DNA of 64,000 nt from Candidatus Bathyarchaeia archaeon. Its GTDB lineage: Archaea > Thermoproteota > Bathyarchaeia > Bathyarchaeales > Bathycorpusculaceae. The stretch spans positions 82,207 through 146,206 of the forward strand of contig JBEKTQ010000005.1 of NCBI GenBank assembly GCA_049515895.1. Direction: 5' to 3'. Of the stretch, positions 1 through 9,540 are shown piece by piece (position 1 is the stretch's first letter; each line of letters opens with the position of its first letter). Both the position numbers and the translations under genes were made by a program. Under the pieces are notes generated by a model. The model worked only from the letters and a program-made list of their open reading frames with translations, was not told the origin of the DNA and searched no databases.

Positions 1-654
1 TGTGTAGCCAATGGTTGGGTCAGACCATGTTCCTGGAACTGTGAGGTAAACTTTCGCCGATGGATTCACGCTGTGCACACCTGCCTGGAACCCATAGAAC
101 TCGAAGGACAGAGCTGCAAACCATTGGCCAATTATGACTCCGACTGCATTGGTTTTTGTCATCTTCCCTGCAAGGACTCCGGCTAGATAGTAACCAGTGG
201 CTTGGTATCCTGCTCCAACTGCAACGACGTTCGACGTGATATTATCGCCGTCATAAGTCGGGCTCATAACGAATTTGGTGTTAGGAAATTGCGCGGCGAT
301 CGGTTCTGTGGCCCCAATAAACTGGTTTCCATCTGTCCAGACCATGTTGTAGCCCTCTTGAGCATAGGTAGTTATTACTCTATTCTGGTCAGAAAAAGCG
401 ACATCCCGCGAGATTGAAACATTCCAACCATAAGTGGATTGGATCCACTGTGCAACGGCGACTCCGTTTGCATTCAAACCTAAGTCTGTTTCATCGCCAC
501 CTAGGACGAGGGCGAGTTTGTATTTCGATGTTGGGGTGGGTGAAGAGGTTGGATGGACGGCGAATATTACTGCGACAATTGCAACTACAATTATGACTAT
601 TAACACTATAGCTATAACCATCCTTGAGATAGCCTTCCTATTCTTTATGAACAT
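1..654 (-). CDS. BMP family ABC transporter substrate-binding protein (3' end runs off the window)
   Basis: Not in the ORF track. Manual translation from ATG 654 gives MFIKNRKAISRMVIAIVLIV...GYYLAGVLAGKMTKTNAVGVIIG...FQAGVHSVNPSAKV...GTWSDP, which are BMP/PnrA-type motifs. Lies downstream of two matching permeases. Confidence 0.88.
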   Translation of the reverse strand, partial: MFIKNRKAISRMVIAIVLIVIIVVAIVAVIFAVHPTSSPTPTSKYKLALVLGGDETDLGLNANGVAVAQWIQSTYGWNVSISRDVAFSDQNRVITTYAQEGYNMVWTDGNQFIGATEPIAAQFPNTKFVMSPTYDGDNITSNVVAVGAGYQATGYYLAGVLAGKMTKTNAVGVIIGQWFAALSFEFYGFQAGVHSVNPSAKVYLTVPGTWSDPTIGYT

Positions 655-759
655 AAAATTCACTCAATCAAGTATTCGCTGCTAGTGCTATTTATAATTT
701 TTCAGGACGCTTTGTATCCAAGAGTAGAAGACCAAAAAGGTGTTGACTTGATCATCCCA

Positions 760-1716
760 CTACTTGCGCTTATAAGGAATAGTGAGGGACGATGGGGATT
801 TGGTTCCCCGGTGGAAGATTATTATGAAGATGATTGCGAAGATGTATGGTATCGCCAGAAGGAAATACCCTGCCCCCGGTCCAAGACTGGAGAAAACGCC
901 TGAGCCTATAAAGGTCGCGGCTATTGAGTACCCGAGCCCAAACAGCCAGCTGCCTGCTATTGCCTTGTATGGGCTCCATCCTGCAAAGATCACAACGACT
1001 ATGGCAATCCACCCTCTTCCGGCTACTAGAGTGTCTCCTGCGTTGTAGAGGCCAAGATAACCAAGAACAAGTGATGCCCCCGCGACGCCGGCAAGGACAG
1101 CACCCAGGATTACACACAAGTACCTTACCCGATTGACGTTGATTCCAGCGGCATCAGATGCTTCAGGATTTTCGCCTACGGCCCTGATCTCTAAGCCCCA
1201 TGTCGTTTTGTATAGGATAAGTCCAAATACTATGGCGACGGCGAATGAAGCGTACACGAGGATGTTCTGGCTGAATAAGATGGGTCCCACCGCTGGTAGG
1301 TCACTCAGAAATGGAATGTGTACTGGTGGTAGAGGGCGGACCACAGGGAACGAAGTCGCAGTCAGCGTTCGGTAGACGAAATCGGCAATACCGATTGATA
1401 GGGAGTAAATCAGAAGCCCGGCGATGAGCTGGTTAATTCCTATCTTGACAGCTACAAATGAGTGCAGGACGCCCATGCTAGCGCCAGCAACCATCGCGGC
1501 CAATAGCCCATAGAGATAGGAGCCGGTTGCAAAAGTGACCCACAGGGAGACGAGGGCCGACAAGCCCATGATGCCCTCTATTCCCATGTTTAGCACACCT
1601 GATCTCTCAGCGTACACCTCTCCGATTGAAGCAAACAATATAGGCATCGTTAAAGTCAGACTGGAAGCCAGAATCGATATTACAAGATCTCCTAAAGCTA
1701 ACATAATCCCATTCAT
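760..1716 (-). CDS. Nucleoside/sugar ABC transporter permease (BPD_transp_2)
   Basis: GEVYAERSGVLNMGIEG, RAVGENPEASDAAGINV and AGRGWIAI motifs; polytopic. Confidence 0.92.
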   Translation of the reverse strand: MNGIMLALGDLVISILASSLTLTMPILFASIGEVYAERSGVLNMGIEGIMGLSALVSLWVTFATGSYLYGLLAAMVAGASMGVLHSFVAVKIGINQLIAGLLIYSLSIGIADFVYRTLTATSFPVVRPLPPVHIPFLSDLPAVGPILFSQNILVYASFAVAIVFGLILYKTTWGLEIRAVGENPEASDAAGINVNRVRYLCVILGAVLAGVAGASLVLGYLGLYNAGDTLVAGRGWIAIVVVIFAGWSPYKAIAGSWLFGLGYSIAATFIGSGVFSSLGPGAGYFLLAIPYIFAIIFIIIFHRGTKSPSSLTIPYKRK

Positions 1717-2786
1717 CGCCTCCTATTCTCTCTGTCGCCTAGCCACCTTTGAACAATTAGAACAGATAGCACTATTATAGCCTGTAATACGTAAATCAGC
1801 TCGATTGGTATCGCTGCAGCGCTACTCTGCAGACTCTCGCCGCCGATTGAAAGTGCAGAGTAAAATACAGAAGCAATTAGTGAGCCCAATGGATGAAACG
1901 CGCCTAATGCCGCCACAGCGATTCCTTGATAGCCGTACCCAGGGGAGAAGTTCTGCGCGAGCAGGTGCTCGGCACCGTTTACCACGACCATCCCGGCCAG
2001 CCCCGCCATACCCCCGCTAATTAGACCTACCGCGAGTATGCTCCTAGAGATACTGACTCCTCCACTTTTTGCTGCGCGGGGATTCACTCCAGTCGCCCTG
2101 ATTTCATATCCTAAAACGGTCTTGTAGAGAACGAAGAAGACCCCAATTGCTACTATAACAGCGATTAGGATTCCAAGGTTAAATCTCGTGCCAGGGATAA
2201 GATCAGGGAGCCAAGTTGACCGCGGCAAGATTGGGGTCTGAAGGTTTCCCGAGTTTGGATCTTTGATTGGTCCCGCGGTAAGCCAGTTAACCACGTCCAA
2301 AGCGACGAAGTTCATGACAAGCGTTGGGAATATTTCGTTTACCTGGAGCTTGATTCTCATTAAGAGCGGTAGCGCCAGCCAGAGTATTCCTCCACCCGCT
2401 GCAGCGATTAGCACTAGTGGAATCGCAGCTACGCTGGGAAAACTTCCAAGTTTGGAACCTACTAAATATGCGAACAAGGCACCTATATAGATCTGGCCTT
2501 CGACACCGATGTTGTAGAATCTGGCCTTGAATGCCACAAGAAATGCAAGTGCAGCCAGCAGTAACGGCGCCATCAGCACGAAGGTCTCCGAAGCGAGGAA
2601 CGTTGAACCAAATGATCCCGATACGAGTCCTGCGATACTTGTGATCGGGTTGTACCCGAAAGTCAAAAGGATGACAGAAAACACAGCAAGCGAGGCGGCT
2701 ATTCCAATCAGGTAGGAAAGATACCTCCTCAAGTATGCAGCTACTCTAAGCAAGTAGGAAAGATACTTCCCTAGAGACAACTGCAT
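1713..2786 (-). CDS. Nucleoside/sugar ABC transporter permease (BPD_transp_2)
   Basis: YNIGVEGQ, LGYEIRATGVNPRAA and GYGYQGIAVAALG motifs; 4-bp overlap with the next permease. Confidence 0.92.
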   Translation of the reverse strand: MQLSLGKYLSYLLRVAAYLRRYLSYLIGIAASLAVFSVILLTFGYNPITSIAGLVSGSFGSTFLASETFVLMAPLLLAALAFLVAFKARFYNIGVEGQIYIGALFAYLVGSKLGSFPSVAAIPLVLIAAAGGGILWLALPLLMRIKLQVNEIFPTLVMNFVALDVVNWLTAGPIKDPNSGNLQTPILPRSTWLPDLIPGTRFNLGILIAVIVAIGVFFVLYKTVLGYEIRATGVNPRAAKSGGVSISRSILAVGLISGGMAGLAGMVVVNGAEHLLAQNFSPGYGYQGIAVAALGAFHPLGSLIASVFYSALSIGGESLQSSAAAIPIELIYVLQAIIVLSVLIVQRWLGDRENRRR

Positions 2787-2813
2787 TGTGGCACGTCCAG
2801 TAAATCTGACTGG

Positions 2814-4073
2814 TTAAGTGTATTCAGCCGCAAAAGATGCCACTGCTTTTTTGAAGGCTTCCATAGGGGCATTTGCGATGCCTGTACCTATGATGCCGTG
2901 GCCGCCATCCTTGTGCGCGATTCCTGTATCTATTCTAGGCACGGTGTTCATCTCCACCACCTTGCGGATATCAATACCGACCGGGACCCCCACAAAATCC
3001 ATGTACGGAATCCGAAAGAGGGGGTCTTCCATTATCGAAACCTTCCGCATAATCCTTGTGTGCTGCACCGCCTCTTGGAGTGCACCTCCGAACAATCTTG
3101 CCTGGGATGGAGACGCCGAGAGCGCCGTTCCGCCGAAACCCCTCGATTCTGAGATAGCGCTGTCACCTATGTCCGGAGCTCCGTCGGCGGCTGTGAATCC
3201 TGGAAATAGGAAACCCTTAATCTCTCCTGCAGGACCGGTAAACCATCTGTCGCCTAAGGCGCTAACCTTGATGCCAAACTCAACCCCGTTTCTTGACATT
3301 GCAGTCACTACAGTGCTGTATTTTATCCCCTTGGCTGCGTCCATCATCACTTTGCAACCGCCCATCATAAGGTTGCCACAGAACCATCGACCTCCGTTTC
3401 CCATGAAATAGTCCCCGACCGCACCGAGTGTCTCCTTCGGAAAATCTGTCCTTACGATATGAGGAAGAATCCAATTCATGAACACTCCTCGAGTAGCATC
3501 AAACGACCCGTGGAGTTCGTCGCCCATTTGCAGTCCCTTGGCCAAAAGCTCCTTCACATTGAATCCGCCAGCATGCTTGATGGTGGCAGCCAATACAGGG
3601 GCAAGAGTTTCTCTCACAAACTTAACTTCCTTAATTCCCCTTTCATAAAGATCCCCGAACGAGGTCATGTCGGTCTGCATCCAGTTGGTGGAAGTATTAC
3701 CGTGAACCTTATCATCGAAGACAAAGACAGGACTTGAGGCAGAAGTGACACCGCACATACCGCTCACGTTACCATAATTATGGTTAGACTCCACACGTAC
3801 TTCCTGTCTCCTGACCAACTTTTCAGCTTGTTCAGCAGTGTCAGCAAGTCCCTCTGATCTTATCGCATTAATCACCGCTATCTTCTGGACCTTAATCATC
3901 TTTTCCCATGATATCGGTGGTCCGGCATGAGTGATCAAATTGTCATTGAAGCCGGGAATGGCCCTTCGCGCTGGCTTCATATCCACCAGCGTAGGCTCAG
4001 CAGAAATAATATTATCTACAGCCTTTCTGTTCGCCTCATCAATCTCAGACGCAATCATCTTCAATTCCTTCAT
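2814..4073 (-). CDS. DUF1116 (YlbE/YahG/AllG-like) protein
   Basis: HAGPPISW, GLQMGDELH, TAMSRNGVEFGI, PDIGDSAISE and PRIDTGIAHK motifs. Confidence 0.85.
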   Translation of the reverse strand: MKELKMIASEIDEANRKAVDNIISAEPTLVDMKPARRAIPGFNDNLITHAGPPISWEKMIKVQKIAVINAIRSEGLADTAEQAEKLVRRQEVRVESNHNYGNVSGMCGVTSASSPVFVFDDKVHGNTSTNWMQTDMTSFGDLYERGIKEVKFVRETLAPVLAATIKHAGGFNVKELLAKGLQMGDELHGSFDATRGVFMNWILPHIVRTDFPKETLGAVGDYFMGNGGRWFCGNLMMGGCKVMMDAAKGIKYSTVVTAMSRNGVEFGIKVSALGDRWFTGPAGEIKGFLFPGFTAADGAPDIGDSAISESRGFGGTALSASPSQARLFGGALQEAVQHTRIMRKVSIMEDPLFRIPYMDFVGVPVGIDIRKVVEMNTVPRIDTGIAHKDGGHGIIGTGIANAPMEAFKKAVASFAAEYT

Positions 4074-4521
4074 TCGAAATCTATGCGTAGAAGCTGTATA
4101 AATAACGCACGCTGTTACTAAAGCAAGATGTGAATTTCACAAAACTTGGCAAGATATCAGTTGCAAGACCATTTAAATGCTAACATGGCCTGCTAACACA
4201 GCTATGCTGAGAAAATGCTGGCATAGATTCCCGTAGTTGCTCTGTTTATTTTGTTTCTTATGAATACAACTTTGCACTTGATTAAGTCCAATAGCTGAGA
4301 GTTTCTCCAGAAACTCAAAGATGCCAATTACGCGCAAATCTAGAGAATATAGGCTGGTGGGGAAATGCTGAACGACAAGTGTAGCTTCGAGATCCTAATC
4401 TCCTTGTTCATTTAATTCTACGCAACAATTTTTCATTGCTGACAAATACCTTGAAATTATGAAATAAAATCGTGACAATCCTGCGTTGCGTCCTTCTCCA
4501 ATTTAACCTCAAAAAACCAAA

Positions 4522-4986
4522 CTAGAACTGTTGCAAAATATCCCTCTTCTCCAAAAGGTTACTACAGTAATGGCATTTCATGACCAGAGGGGCTTCATTC
4601 ACAACATAGAATTTTGTGCACAGAGGCTCATTACTGTTGGTGATGCACATAGGATTGATACACTTAATGATGTTCTCAATGACATGAGGTAAGGTTACTT
4701 CCACTTTTTCCACAACCGCATAATTCCGGATTATATTAATGGTAGCATGAGGCGCAATCAAGGCAATCTTGTTGACTTCTTGGGAATCAAGTGAACGCCC
4801 TTCAATCTTTATTATGTCTTTTACCTTTAAGCGCTTGCTCGGAACATTGATTGCGATTGACATAATCCCTTTCTCCCGTCCAGTAATCCCCAACATCTTG
4901 ATAACTTCCAAAGCGTAGCCTCCTCTAATATGATCGATGACAGTTCCATCTTTGATCTTCGAAACCCGCACTTCGTAGTCGCTCAT
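4522..4986 (-). CDS. pyrI: Aspartate carbamoyltransferase regulatory subunit
   Basis: VSKIKDGTVIDHI, KDIIKIEG, ALIAPHATINII and Zn site CINPMCITN...CHYC. Start set at ATG 4986 behind a GGAG ribosome-binding site. Confidence 0.95.
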   Translation of the reverse strand: MSDYEVRVSKIKDGTVIDHIRGGYALEVIKMLGITGREKGIMSIAINVPSKRLKVKDIIKIEGRSLDSQEVNKIALIAPHATINIIRNYAVVEKVEVTLPHVIENIIKCINPMCITNSNEPLCTKFYVVNEAPLVMKCHYCSNLLEKRDILQQF

Positions 4987-5366
4987 TCTAAAACATCTCC
5001 TTCGTTGATTCTTGACATTGCCTGTCTTCAGGTCCAATTCTGATATACTGAGTGTGACGAGGGTATTTAGACCCATCGTGTATATCTGTTGTGAAAAATT
5101 CACCAGTAAATTAACACAAAAGTGTACTTATAAAAACAATATTCAGCCATAGTAGTAAATGAGAACAGCGTAAATTCATGCGTTTGAGGTTTGAACGCGG
5201 TTTAAACGACGGTGAGTAGCTAGCCGTAGCCTTTTTTCCTTATTCTGAGCTTTGAGACAAATAGGCTAACAGCAGGTTTTCAAATACTCTTGCGCCTAAG
5301 ACTAATATGCTATGATAGACTTACGTTTCAGTTAGAGACAAAACAATTTTCGCGAGTGAAAATAAA

Positions 5367-5932
5367 ATGAAAATGGACCTTGGAGCAAAAAACTGTTTGT
5401 ATCCGATGCCAACCACATTGGTGGAGCCTTGGTGAATGGAAACCCGAATTATACCACCATAGCTCATGTTGGCATAATGGATTTTGAATCGGTTTCGTTA
5501 GGAATGAACAAGCTTCACTATACCAACATAGGCATAAAAGCAAACAAGACCTTCAGCATCAACATTCCCTCAACAAAAATGGTTAAAGAAACCGACTATT
5601 GCGGTTTAGTATCAGGAAAAGACAAAAACAAGGCGGGCATATTCAAGACGTTTTATGGAAAACTCAAAAGTGCTCCAATGATCGAACAATGCAGCATCAA
5701 CATGGAATGCGAACTCACAAAAACTGTCGATTTTCCAAATCACGACATATTCATAGGCAAAATAGTAGCCACACACTGCGACGATACTGTTCTTACCGAC
5801 GGAGCAGTAGATTTTACAAAAGTGCAACCAATCTTGTTTGTTATGAATGACCGAAGTTATTGGACTCTTGGCAAAAGAATCGCCAAAGCCTGGGACATAG
5901 GAAAGGAATTCGCAAAAGAGATATCTTGCTAA
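5367..5932 (+). pseudogene. Flavin reductase family (flavoredoxin-like) gene with a 1-bp frameshift near 5421-5423
   Basis: ATG 5367 gives MKMDLGAKNCLYPMPTTLV and then a stop at 5433. The -1 frame continues GALVNGNPNY...DYCGLVSG...APMIEQCSINMEC...HDIFIGKIV. Confidence 0.8.
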
Positions 5933-6076
5933 CACAAACAAAAGCTCAATTTGAGCAGATTATTTAACGAAACATCGTCGGCCAAACCGGAATATAAAGG
6001 GCAAAACATTCTCTGTCAATTTTAGCTCTAAAAAAATGAAATGTGAATTTAATAGTCAGGCATTCTTGCTCTTTCT

Positions 6077-6496
6077 CTACTTCCATTCCCAGATAGCAAC
6101 ATCGAATTCCATCCAGGAAGGATCACCTTCTAAGGTGACCAAGGCAACTGCAGTGTTCATCCAAGCCAGCTTAGGAGACATAGACATGAAACTCCAGACT
6201 CCAACGCTCTTGCTCTTGCCCATTTCGACTTTGCCGACACCAGAACCCTTAACGACTGCCATGTCGCCGCTCATGAAATTAAGCATTCCTGTTCCCATGC
6301 TTTCGCCAACTCCGCTAGGTGCCATCATAGTTTTTCCCGTGAAAATGATAGAACCATCCCATCCTTTGGCTTTTCCCATGCCCATAAGCTGCGCCATCCA
6401 AGTAGCCTCAATGGTGACACCGCCCGCGTCTGCGCCCTTAATTGCCATCATCGTACTTTTTGCTTTACCTTCCCACAGTTTTTCGCCAATCGCCAT
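6077..6496 (-). CDS. Hypothetical beta-rich protein
   Basis: 139-aa ORF with GGAGGTGA ribosome-binding site; ends in WEWK. Confidence 0.75.
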   Translation of the reverse strand: MAIGEKLWEGKAKSTMMAIKGADAGGVTIEATWMAQLMGMGKAKGWDGSIIFTGKTMMAPSGVGESMGTGMLNFMSGDMAVVKGSGVGKVEMGKSKSVGVWSFMSMSPKLAWMNTAVALVTLEGDPSWMEFDVAIWEWK

Positions 6497-6818
6497 TTTA
6501 CATTCACCTCCAAAAAAAATTCAGCAAAATACTAGAAAACTCGTATCCATTTATCGCTATGTGGCAGTCGTGCAACAATCACAACGGCTTAAATTGTCTA
6601 TTCTCAGAAAGGGCCACAAAGAGCCTCGCACCGTTCGGGTAATCCCTGTCCGATTTTCCTCGTCTCCAAATTTATGTGCGAACGCCGTTTCAAATAGTCA
6701 GGCACTAGTTCGTCGAAATACCCCAAATTGTTGTTGTTAGTTGCAGCCGCGAAATTTCTTGTAGAGTCCAGCCAAAAAGAGGCTAAACCTACTAGCTTTC
6801 GCAACATACGAGTCTATT

Positions 6819-7901
6819 CTAGCCTGATGAAAGCCAGTTAACTGTAAATCCTGAGCCGTCAGGGGAAAGGTCAGAGACGTCGGCTAGCTGCACGGAAGAG
6901 CCGCCCGAAGTCGCCGAGGAATACATATCTGTTGCTTCCCAGGGGAAGCTCCCTATATCGCCACTAGCTGACCCAACAGTCGCATTACAACCCGTAAAAG
7001 TTACGTTTCCGAAATCCGTCAACTGAGAAATGGCATGGTTAACAGTGGGTCTTTCAACTATCCACTCTGCTGTCAACTGGCTGGAATTGTAGGTGACAGT
7101 TGTCTGGAACGATCGTGTTGTTGTCGTATCAGTTAAGTTGATGACCCATTGACTGGTTGTTACGTTTGCAAGCTGGATTGAAGCCTGAATTTGGTCTCCT
7201 GGCGAAATGAACATGAAAGGAATGGTGGTTGCTGGATTTGGCAAAAGCTCATACCACGCATAGTATAATGCGTTTCCAAACCTTGAATCTTGCTCAGTTC
7301 CACATTGGATCAGTGAGCTGTCATTATTGAACTGCCCGCCAATGCCTATCCAGGTGGCTGAATACGTATTGTTCGTGGAAGTTGTAACTGTAGGAACCAC
7401 CCATGACGCGTTGACGCCAGTCACGGAGGGTTGAGGATTTTGTAGGTCAGAGGAGATTACGTACCCTGTCCAGTTTATGGCCGCAGTTGCATTTGTAGGA
7501 GGCGTGGGTGTTGGCGTCGGTGTTGGAGTTGCCGTGGGTGTTGGAGACGAAGTCGGTTGAGGAGATGGAGTCGGTGTGGGAGTCGGATTCGATGTGGGCG
7601 TTGGAGTTGGTGAGGGGGTTGGTGTGGGGTTTGGCGTAGGTGAAGGCATAGGCGCCAGAGTTGGGGTTGGCAGAGGTGCCTGCGTCGGCGTTGGAGAAGC
7701 AGTGGGCGTGGGAGTTGGAGTTGGTAAAGGGGGGAATGTTGGTGTCGGCGTCGGGTTTGCCGTAGCCAGAGGCGTCGGTGAAGGTTGATCGTTCCTTTTC
7801 ACAAATGTGGATTGTAACGTTGCGTATGCTCCCAAGGCGACAGCAACTGCAATCACGATTAGTAAAATGGCAAGAACATTGACTACAGTTTTCTCTTTCA
7901 C
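6819..7901 (-). CDS. G1 family glutamic endopeptidase (eqolisin-like) with N-terminal TM anchor and Pro/Thr stalk
   Basis: NWTGY, WVVPTV, WIGIGG, LIQCGTEQD, YYAWYELLP and TAEWIVERP motifs. Confidence 0.9.
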   Translation of the reverse strand: MKEKTVVNVLAILLIVIAVAVALGAYATLQSTFVKRNDQPSPTPLATANPTPTPTFPPLPTPTPTPTASPTPTQAPLPTPTLAPMPSPTPNPTPTPSPTPTPTSNPTPTPTPSPQPTSSPTPTATPTPTPTPTPPTNATAAINWTGYVISSDLQNPQPSVTGVNASWVVPTVTTSTNNTYSATWIGIGGQFNNDSSLIQCGTEQDSRFGNALYYAWYELLPNPATTIPFMFISPGDQIQASIQLANVTTSQWVINLTDTTTTRSFQTTVTYNSSQLTAEWIVERPTVNHAISQLTDFGNVTFTGCNATVGSASGDIGSFPWEATDMYSSATSGGSSVQLADVSDLSPDGSGFTVNWLSSG

Positions 7902-8378
7902 TTTGCAAGCCTCAGATTTATCTCATGTTTTTTCAAACAGCGAAATTCAACGATTAAGAGGGGCGATATTTGCCTGAATATTCCTGAAATGTTGCCATCC
8001 ACTTTCCTGCCAAAGGTATTTCTGCTAAGTCTCCACCGCGCTTTTTTTAAAGCAGTAAGAGATTTCGTTAACCATTCGTCAAGCTGTTAATGATTAATCT
8101 TGGAAGGATTTAATCTTGATGTGGAATTTTTCCTTAATGCTTCCACGAAAGGCGTCGAGGGATTATTGTCCTTAAATGTTGCATTATGCAACTGATGGAT
8201 CCTTGGTAGTGCCTGCATTTCCATGTTCAATAGATCCCCTTTCAGGTCAATTTAGTGGCACTTAAATTGGAGGCTGCTATTTCTGGAAAGACGATTTTGA
8301 AATGGTTCGGTATTGATTTTGAAAAAAAGCTTTATACTACAAAGTTGTTAGGAGTCTAATTCGGATGAAGGGAGTTTC

Positions 8379-9374
8379 ATGGGGAAAAGGATGGTTTACT
8401 TCTGTATCGCAGTGTTACTGTTGTCTTTAGGTTTGACTGCGGTCCCGAAAACGTTTAGTCAAACACAAGACATCAAAGTCATAAACTACAGCTGGTATAT
8501 TGACCCCGAGGGTTATCTAGACGTAGTTGGTCTTGTCCAGAATGTGGGTCCTAACACGATTTCATCCATTGCCTTAACTGGAACAATTGTCGGTCCTGGC
8601 CAAGCGGATGTAGCAGATTCAGGCACCCAAGTCTGGGTGTCAGATTTATTGCCGAAACAGGAAGCACCCTTTTATATGGAATTTATTTCTCCTCGCACTA
8701 GCTCGCAGACCTCTTGGTATGAAGTTGTCCAAGCCGGAGAACTAGCCAGTATTCTCCTCACCCCTGCTTCAGCTAACGCGACAAGCAGCTACCAATACCA
8801 AGGCCTAACCATAACAAGCTCCAAACCATCGATAGGCACAACTGCAGGATACACAGGCGCCTACGTGGTCAACGGCGTAATAAAAAATACAGGCGACCAG
8901 ACGGCTACAAATTTAACGGTTGTCGGAGCCTTTTTCAACTCAACAGGATCAGTGGTCGGGGTAGGATTCACAACTTACCTTGATCCCAGAGCTTTAGTTG
9001 CAGGCAACACAACAACCTTCCAAATCGCCGCCTTGGACTTGAACCAGTCGGTTGTCCCAGCCGCCTTGCAGATTAAAAGTTATCAATTACTAGTCCAGAC
9101 GCAAGGGCCGATTCTTCAGGGAACAGCACCCATAGCTTCTCCCCAAGCCACAGGAACCACAGGACCAACTGACAACCCAAGCTCAACACCATCTTCATCT
9201 TCACATGCAAAATCCGACATTACATCTATTTTCCCGATAGTCCTTGCATTAGTAATAGCAGTAATTGTTATAGCAGCAGCAATAGTTGTAGTCAAACAGA
9301 TAATGAGTAGGAATCCAAGATCTCATACAACAGTAAAGGAAGCGAGAAGAGCGAAGAAGCAAAAAGCCCGCTAA
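8379..9374 (+). CDS. FxLYD-domain surface protein with C-terminal TM anchor
   Basis: Signal peptide; two GxVxNxG...(F)F(N) Ig-like repeats; S/T/P linker, TM helix and basic tail. Confidence 0.75.
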   Translation: MGKRMVYFCIAVLLLSLGLTAVPKTFSQTQDIKVINYSWYIDPEGYLDVVGLVQNVGPNTISSIALTGTIVGPGQADVADSGTQVWVSDLLPKQEAPFYMEFISPRTSSQTSWYEVVQAGELASILLTPASANATSSYQYQGLTITSSKPSIGTTAGYTGAYVVNGVIKNTGDQTATNLTVVGAFFNSTGSVVGVGFTTYLDPRALVAGNTTTFQIAALDLNQSVVPAALQIKSYQLLVQTQGPILQGTAPIASPQATGTTGPTDNPSSTPSSSSHAKSDITSIFPIVLALVIAVIVIAAAIVVVKQIMSRNPRSHTTVKEARRAKKQKAR

Positions 9375-9540
9375 ATCACAAATAGCCTTCCAAAGAGACG
9401 ACGAGAAAAGCTCGCATCTGCGAAACCGCTTGCTAGAGCAAATAGTTTTTTTCACTTCCTGTTTAACGAAACTGGCTTTAATTTTGTTGCAAAACTTAAA
9501 TATGACGCGCGTCATGTTTTATATACCCCGTCCGACCCAA

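Noticed and set aside
2711-2766. 13-bp direct repeat gtaggaaagatac at the permease N-terminus
   Set aside because: It is a short in-frame coding duplication (YLSYL twice) with no further structure.
2818-3411. Long antisense ORFs (also 6036-6740, 22676-23338 and similar)
   Set aside because: They are shadows of well-supported genes on the opposite strand and show no recognisable motifs.
4987-5103. N-terminal extension of PyrI in the ORF track
   Set aside because: Family similarity and the ribosome-binding site point to ATG 4986.
7490-7790. Repetitive GGTGTTGGAGTT-like DNA as a CRISPR array or satellite
   Set aside because: It is the degenerate coding sequence of the Pro/Thr stalk of the G1 peptidase; there are no constant repeats with unique spacers.
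8178-8192. Palindrome GTTGCAT-T-ATGCAAC in the divergent intergenic region
   Set aside because: Single occurrence with no adjacent regulator; it could arise by chance in 64 kb.
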